64,000 bases of DNA, from the NCBI GenBank assembly GCA_051294375.1, contig CM119269.1:15449918-15513917 (forward strand). Direction: 5' to 3'. A program made the position numbers and the translations under genes. The notes beneath the pieces were generated by a model. It ran no database searches and was not told the origin of the DNA. It saw only the letters and a program-made list of their open reading frames with translations. This document shows positions 57,201-64,000 of this stretch, piece by piece. Numbering within the stretch: position 1 is the stretch's first letter; every line of letters starts with the position of its first letter. Source of the DNA: Paraspadella gotoi. Lineage: Eukaryota > Animalia > Chaetognatha.

Positions 57201-57341
57201 GAAAACTGACCTTGTCGTAAGTGTCCATGAGGTGAACGACGACTTCTTGAGAATCGATGTGGTCGAGCTTCTTGTAAGTCCCTTCAAGCGTCGGGTCGTA
57301 TTCGTTGATGAAGCGTCGGGTCAGATATTTCACCGTTAAGG
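47921..57341 (-). CDS. RASL12: RASL12/RERG-family small GTPase (5' exon with the G1 box not located)
   Basis: Exons are 57341-57211 (ALTVKYLTRRFINEYDPTLE..MDTYD), 56365-56178 (RYLKWADSFVVVYSI..LVGNKMDLERYR), 49352-49217 (QVSKSEG..FFETSAAED), 48734-48625 (PLQPLFILED) and 48035-47921 (GFKIF). All phases are compatible. Confidence 0.85.
48534..48561 (-). other. tRNA-Leu-like 3' fragment with encoded CCA
   Basis: The minus strand reads GTGGGTTCGAATCCCACCGCTACCA-CCA (T-arm, acceptor 3' strand, CCA). The 5' half is absent and replaced by an (AAT)n tract. Confidence 0.6.
49900..55105 (+). mobile_element. Degraded retroelement with ~480 bp terminal direct repeats, probably Penelope-like, in a RASL12 intron
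   Basis: Direct repeats at ~49900-50376 and ~54630-55105 share AATTCAGAT, CTTTGATCAC, AACTATTTTC, CCGTTATTTTC and GGAGAGCA(T)AGTCTCTCTA. The element is flanked by (CT)n. Remnants resemble RT (HGLQM at ~52201) and GIY-YIG (~53790-53900). There is no long ORF. Confidence 0.55.
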
Positions 57342-59978
57342 CTGTTAGAAAAATTGACTGATTTATTTTAAGGTGTAACTTCGTATTTTGTCCCAAATCA
57401 ATGAAAGTATAATTTATTTTTTTTATTCTTCGGACCTTTGGTGCTGCTCTCTATTTGCGTTTCGAAATTTCATCTACTAATTGGATAAATTCGTTTCTTT
57501 TAGAAATAACGCCAAAAGTTAGTACATATAACTTTTATATATATATTATAAGTGACCTAGTGCGTTCAAACCTTTCAATTTTTTAACTTCTATATCTACG
57601 GCAACATGACAAGATGTTTTGAAAAACCAATCAAAAAAATTACTTTCTCGAATCCAAAAGAGTTTTTTCTATATTGACCACGCTGCCAGTCTGTCTGTTT
57701 CGATTTTATTTTTGTTTACATTTTTATGTTTTCTCCCTTCATCTCCGTTTATAATTTTTGACGTAATTTTTCCCCCCTCCGGTCTTCTCGAAACGAAATA
57801 CGAAATTTTTAATGAAACCAGACATTTTATGAAATAATAAAAATTGTTTAATCAAGCTGTGAAAATAGCGGAAGCAAAGTTAAAGAACAATAACTTTTTT
57901 AAAAATTTGCCACTAATCAAAATACATATCGAAAATGTTCGTTGAAAAAATCAACTTTTGCCACATGTGCGAATAAATTAACAAAATATGTTTGCATATT
58001 TTTCACAATTGGACCACCACGTGAAAAGAAATGTTTCGTTTTCGTCCCTCGAGTGAAAAAAGGCGATGTGAATATTGTGAAAGCTGAGGTCTTTTACAGG
58101 GGGTTAGAAATAGAGGTGTAGCAATGTGACAATTCATGGTGAAGGAACAAAAAGGTATGGAGGACGAGGCGTGAAGAGAAGAAGCTTCGTTATGACTAGA
58201 AAAATATTGATTGATTCATTGCGTTCTATCTTTAGTGAGTTTAAAATATTTTTAGGTAGGAAAAGCCTAACAATAATTATAGATATTCGATAAGTCATAA
58301 AAGAGGTAGAATGAAAAATAAACATTCCACGCTCGAGAGACGGTTTTAAAACCGTCTGCCAAATTCGTAATAAATGCTAATTTCTTTAGTTTTTCTCTCT
58401 TTTTTTTGGCGTCGGCGGCTAATGTAAAAAAGGAAAAATGGCACATTTTAAACGTCTTTAAATGGTCTCAGCTCATTTTTTTTCACCTTTTTGGATATTT
58501 TTCCTTCTCGATGCTCAAATGTCAAATTAGAAAAAAAAATTGGGAAAACCTTTTTTCTTCACCTCATCTTAACTGTATGTCTTATTACATCTTTCAAGTC
58601 AACAAAAAAACAAACAAAACAAAACAAAAAATCGAGGAAAAGGAAGAACAACAAATACTTTTCGATTCTCCGATCGGCTGTCTCGACGGAATTTGAATTT
58701 TCAACCTCATCTCCGAAATACTTTTTTTTTTAGCCAATCAAGAGAAAAAAAAGCGAAGACATCTGCCAACCATTTTACCCGCTATTAAAAAAAATAGCTT
58801 CTCTCGTATACAGTGAAATTAAAAAGTAACTAATCCATCAGCGATGAGTAAAAATTCAACGTTTTCGCTCTCAACCAGATGAAAATTTGAAAAAATAAAA
58901 AAATCGTAACAGGGTGGGCAAATTGTTCGTTCGGGGATTTTTTATTCGTTTTCAACGATTTCCGATTTTTGAATCGAGCCTTTACCATAAATGGTATACG
59001 GGATTTCTCTCTCTCTCTCTNNNNNNNNNNNNNNNNNNNNNNNNNNNNNNNNNNNNNNNNNNNNNNNNNNNNNNNNNNNNNNNNNNNNNNNNNNNNNNNN
59101 NNNNNNNNNNNNNNNNNNNNNNNNNNNNNNNNNNNNNNNNNNNNNNNNNNNNNNNNNNNNNNNNNNNNNNNNNNNNNNNNNNNNNNNNNNNNNNNNNNNN
59201 NNNNNNNNNNNNNNNNNNNNNNNNNNNNNNNNNNNNNNNNNNNNNNNNNNNNNNNGCCCATGGGGCTGCCCCCATTTCGTCCGGCCGGACGAAGAGGGCC
59301 GTGTTTTGAGAAAGATCAAATGTTGATCTCCATTAATTTTCTTTTTTTTTTCTTCTCGAAATGAGATAGATATTTAGTTCGAGTTGGGAGACGAAAAGAT
59401 GACGGATAAAGTCGCTACCACTATCTCTTCTGGGCAAACGCGCGACTAAATCAAGAACGATAGAGAGAGAGAGAGAGAAAGAAAGAATAGAATAAAAATA
59501 GAACGATTGAAAGAAAGAAAGATTGCCAAAGAAGTTTTTAAAAAGGACAATGGAAAAACTTCAGAAAAATCAAAACAAACTGCACAGGAGATTTTCCATA
59601 CGGTAAACCGGAGAAAAAAAGAGGGAGACGAAAGGGGGTTTTCTTAAAAATGGAGAGTGAGTGAAGAGAGGGAGGAGGGAGGGAGAGAAGGAAGTAAAAA
59701 AAAAAAAAAAAGAAAGGAGCATGGAGGAAAGAGAAAGTTACCCCCGGATCGGCGATCCCAAGAATTATTGCGTCTGTCAAAGAAAGACTATANNNNNNNN
59801 NNNNNNNNNNNNNNNNNNNNNNNNNNNNNNNNNNNNNNNNNNNNNNNNNNNNNNNNNNNNNNNNNNNNNNNNNNNNNNNNNNNNNNNNNNNNNNNNNNNN
59901 NNNNNNNNNNNNNNNNNNNNNNNNNNNNNNNNNNNTTTTTTTTCTCTGAACGTCATCAATTCAGACTCGAATGACGTC

Positions 59979-60056
59979 ACTTGATGTCATACCTGTAATC
60001 GGAGTTGATGTCATACTTGATGTCATACTTGATGTCATACCCGTAATCCGAGTTCG
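59979..60056. repeat. Short tandem repeat (TTGATGTCATAC units)
   Basis: Four TTGATGTCATAC units, two of them followed by C(C/T)GTAATC(C/G)GAGTT. Confidence 0.8.
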
Positions 60057-61989
60057 ATATTCGGTATTAGATATTTGTTTGTTTTACATCTCAGGGAATC
60101 AGGGGTCAAAAGCGAGGGTTTACCGTTCGGAATTTCGAAACTACTTTTCACCGCGAAATACTGATCGCAAACAGTTTTAAAAATGAAGCGCCGACTCGAA
60201 AGGAAGTGAAGATAAAAGCAGCGACAATCGATAAAAGACAACGTTGCAAATATCCAAGAGGCATTGCGCGATATCTTTCAATCGAAGCAAAGAAAAAAAA
60301 GCAAAAAGAAAAAAAATAAAGAGGAAGGTTTATCTCTGGAACGACGACGAGACGCGGCGGCCATGTTTGTCTCCGACGTCTTTCATCCAAAGTCTAAATG
60401 GGTTTCGGAGGAAGAGATTAGCTTTTAGCCTTTTGTTTGCGAGACTAAAGTGAAGAGTAAAGAAGCACGTAGTCGCTTCCGGTTTGGTCTCCTTTTATTC
60501 TTTCCTCTCCATCCTTACCTTCCTTCCTTTGCTGCACTTATCTTAGTACAATATCAACAAAATTTACGCTTAGCCTTACAATACACTTACTTCTTTAATA
60601 AAATTTCAGTTGAATTTACTCCGTTAAAGCGCGGGGCTCGAACTCACGTCCTTCGCATTTCTCCTTCGGCTACTGAATCTAATACTCCCCCTCCCCGTGA
60701 GATTGTCCTTTGAAATTATGTGAAAGTTGAAAGGGGTGACCATGAACGTCGTCGTCGTCGACTTCGTCCTCGACGACGGCCTGGCGGTCAGGGACGTAAT
60801 CGTTGTTTTGACATCGAGTGGCTCGGGAGGATCCGGGTTCGGTTCTCGGCGGAAGAGATTTTTCCGGGACAAAACGACGTCACGAGTGATAATTCACGAC
60901 AAAAGTCGTGCGGGAGGAGGGGAGGTTGATTACTCGGGAGAAAAATGACTGTTTTTCGACAAAAAAGGTTTAGAACTCTTAACGGAAAAGGAGAAGCAAG
61001 TTTATCTTCTTTTTTTTTAGCTTCAAATTTCTATTTCTCTATTTTAACATTTCTCTTGTGAAGGTACTCACGACTTATTCTCTCATCTTCTAAAATTTAC
61101 CCAATTTTACATATCCTCCAGGTCCTTATCATATTCATACTGTATATATTCATTGCTCTTAATTATATTCCTTTTTTATTTATTCTTTATTCAAGGTCAT
61201 CAATCATCTTCTTTCTCCTCATCTTCTTCCCCCCGGATGTAGAGGCGATCATCTTAATCTCGTCTTCTTATCTTTTTTTTTCGCTTTCGTTCGAGGATCA
61301 AATAATCAAACTTATCCCCCCCCCCTTACGCCCCCATTCAGTTTTCGATATCCGGACACCATGGCCCGAAGCAGGCCCGTGCCCTGAGCGGAGGCTACTT
61401 CCCGACGCCCTGGTGTAATGTATACTACGCCGGGGGGGGGGGAGCAATAGACTCCTAGTCAGGGATTGAAAGTCACCAACTCGAAGAGTGATCTCCAAAT
61501 GCTACTCGTTTATGTTTAAAATTGAAACAGCTAAATACTGACCTAATCATTTTTTCATACATACCATAAAAGCCAAATTCATTTTAATTATATATATATT
61601 TCGATAGTAAATTGATACTAAATGCCATTTCGCCCTTCAAGCGGTTCTCGTACGCTCACCGAACGGCAGCCTTTAAAACTCCCCCCGAGACTTTTAATGG
61701 CCCTCTCGAAATTACGAACCCCCACTCGAAAAGCAGCAGACAATGGCTTCTTGACACGATCACCATCACGTGACAAAGGTCACATGAGCAGGATCGAAGT
61801 CCCAAATATCGTAACCCTCCGAGACCTCCTTCACCCCGAGGGTTTCGTAGCTCATGAGGTTCGAAAGAAAAAAAACATTGGTTTATCTTGGAAAGCGAGA
61901 GATCGCGGTTGATAGGCGGGGGGATGAAAACATAAACACGAAGAATATGATATAAGATAACAGGAGGAAAAAGAGAAACGGGGAGAGAG

Positions 61990-62029
<40 letters not shown>

Positions 62030-64000
62030 AAAGAGAGAGAGAGAGAATTAGAGAGGATAAAGACCTTTGATTTTCACCCCTCCACCCAAAATAAAAAAAA
62101 GAATTAGCGACATCATTTTTGCAAACTAATCATCGCCAACGGAACAAACTTTAAAGCGACGCCAAGGGGACGATCAAATAAACGTTGAAACAAAAGTTAG
62201 TGAGCCGGACATATTGAGACGTGACACATTTAGATTGTTAATTCAAAAGGAAACTTTGATCGAGGGCGGGGCGCAAACCCGTCACCTGGACTCGGTTAAA
62301 ACTACTGAGAGACATTAGATTAATCGAAAAAGAGACAGGGGGACCGCGCTCCGAAAGACGAACCGAATTCCTTTGCATCTCAGGAAATTAACTTTTTTTT
62401 TCCGGCGGCCTTTTTAAGTTACTTATTGTACTATTATTACTTAAAATTATCATTTCATTTGTTTTTTTTTATTCTCTGATTGGAATCGTAACGCGACACT
62501 TACTCTGCCGCATCTCGCGACATCTGGAAAGGGAGGTGAACGTCGAATCAAAACGTCCCATGATCAATTAATCATTTAAAAAGAATGAGGAGTATTTTTA
62601 AAGGAATCTAATGTCCCCCCACCCCCCTGGTTTCGCTAGCAAGGAATGAGTGATGATGTGCGGGGCAGAGACATGTCCGGCATGGTTGGCCTACCTTTCA
62701 ATTTGTGACCCTTGAGACCTAATTAATCGTGTTTGGGTCAACGGTAAGAATGGAAGGATTTTTTTCATTCCAATTTTTTTTCATTTCTTTCTTTCACTAT
62801 TTTTTGGGGGGTTTTCGAGCTTTCCTTCTTTTTTTTTTTGGTATTAGTCCCTTACTTCCTTAATATGTGTCTTTCTAGTCTAGTTTTTTACTTTAAATAT
62901 TCCATAAAATATCAAAAAATATATCCCGGTGACTTCTACATATATGTACTCCTTAAAAAAAACGTCAAAAGGTCAAACGATTTAAATTCTGTTATTTCTT
63001 CCTCCTCTTCGGACTCGCGTTATCAAAAGACGGAAAACGAATAAAAAAAAACAAAAAAACAAAAAAAAAACAGAGAAAATTAGAGAAGAGAAATTTCGAG
63101 GCACCTGACGCTGAAAGTTAAAAGTGGCAAAGAAGAAGAAGTTAAAGAGAAAAAGAAAGAAAAAAAAAACAACTAGAAAATAGAAAGTTCATTTTTTTCT
63201 TGCGAGTGCGGACTTGGAAAAGGGGATATATCTGTGTACGACCGTTTTGGGGGATTAAGGAGAATTGGGGAAAATTGACAAATGAGAGGGAACGGAAGGC
63301 GGGGAAGGGGGGAAGTGAAAAAAAGCAGGAAGTCGATAAGATGAAAAAAAAGAAAAAAAGAATTAGAGCATAAAAAATCACGTGGCAAGGCTATTTTCAA
63401 AAATATACCGAAGTGCCTGTTGGTCTTTTATCGTTCTTTAATGGCTTCATAAAAATAAAAATTCTCCAAAAATATTAAAAAAGAAGTGAAAAGTTTTTGT
63501 CAAGGTTTTTTTTTTTTTTTTTTTTGTAAGGAAAATGGGAGACGGTTTAGGGGTTGGGATGCGTGGGGGTCATTAGTTGGGTAATTTCATCGGTCAAGCC
63601 GGTAAATAGGTTTGGGTATAGGTGGAAATAGAGAAGTGGTTCAAAAAATGATTAGTAAGAGAGATAGGGTGAGGTAGAGTAGGCTAGACATTTCGATAAT
63701 TATAGATAGAGGATCTGCGGCAAAATCAAGCGCTGAACAAGAAGGCTGAACGCGCGGTAATAATAAAGAAGGAACGAGGAAACGTTAAGTCGAATGAGAT
63801 ATCAGGTTAACCGGTACGAGAGAAAAAAAATCTCGAGTTCTCGTGTTGTTAACCCTTTTTTTTTCTTCTTCCGTGTCTTTTGTTTTTTATTTCTTTCCAA
63901 TTCGAAAGTCATTTTTAAAATTTATTGTCTCTCTGCTCTTCATTTGTCCCATTAAGTTTCTTTCTCCTTTAGTAATCAAATATAAATATTTTGCTCTCTG

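Noticed and set aside
59256-59299. Hammerhead ribozyme (GTCC-GGAC-GAAA plus stem III on the minus strand)
   Set aside because: The CUGANGA core is missing and the cleavage position would be G.
59979-60056. CRISPR-like array
   Set aside because: This is a simple 12-nt tandem repeat without unique spacers, in a eukaryotic context with no cas genes.
60624-60872. First coding exon of RASL12
   Set aside because: It has a plausible donor but no GxxxxGKS motif and the wrong phase to join 57341 directly, so it cannot be assigned.
61340-61480. HDV-like ribozyme in a GC-rich hairpin region
   Set aside because: One good hairpin is present, but P1 and P3 of the double pseudoknot could not be built.

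Overview
This is a eukaryotic (animal-type) genomic window with short GT-AG introns, microsatellites and four N gaps. The main feature is a run of 10 housekeeping genes packed head-to-tail on the minus strand from 27.5 kb down to 10.7 kb: POLR3D, CTU1, INTS9, ATP synthase c, SLC25A3, PPIH, MRPL12, ATPIF1, DERA and DRG2, possibly extending to an ABHD6-like gene. Stop-to-start gaps are only 75-477 nt and most start codons have a 3' splice-acceptor AG just upstream, which suggests a polycistronic operon resolved by spliced-leader trans-splicing. A SPATA4-like ciliary gene with an RFX X-box is nested antisense in the long SLC25A3 intron. Two unidentified, strongly base-paired minus-strand RNA candidates were found, one at the head of the cluster (27.74-28.03 kb) and one in an intron (0.85-1.08 kb). 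Downstream are a C2H2 zinc-finger gene, a disordered-protein gene and a divergent kindlin. A 9.2 kb tandem 'duplication' there looks like an assembly artefact. A RASL12-like GTPase gene follows, with a degraded Penelope-like element in one intron. Exon boundaries were read by eye and gene names come from recalled family motifs, not database searches.
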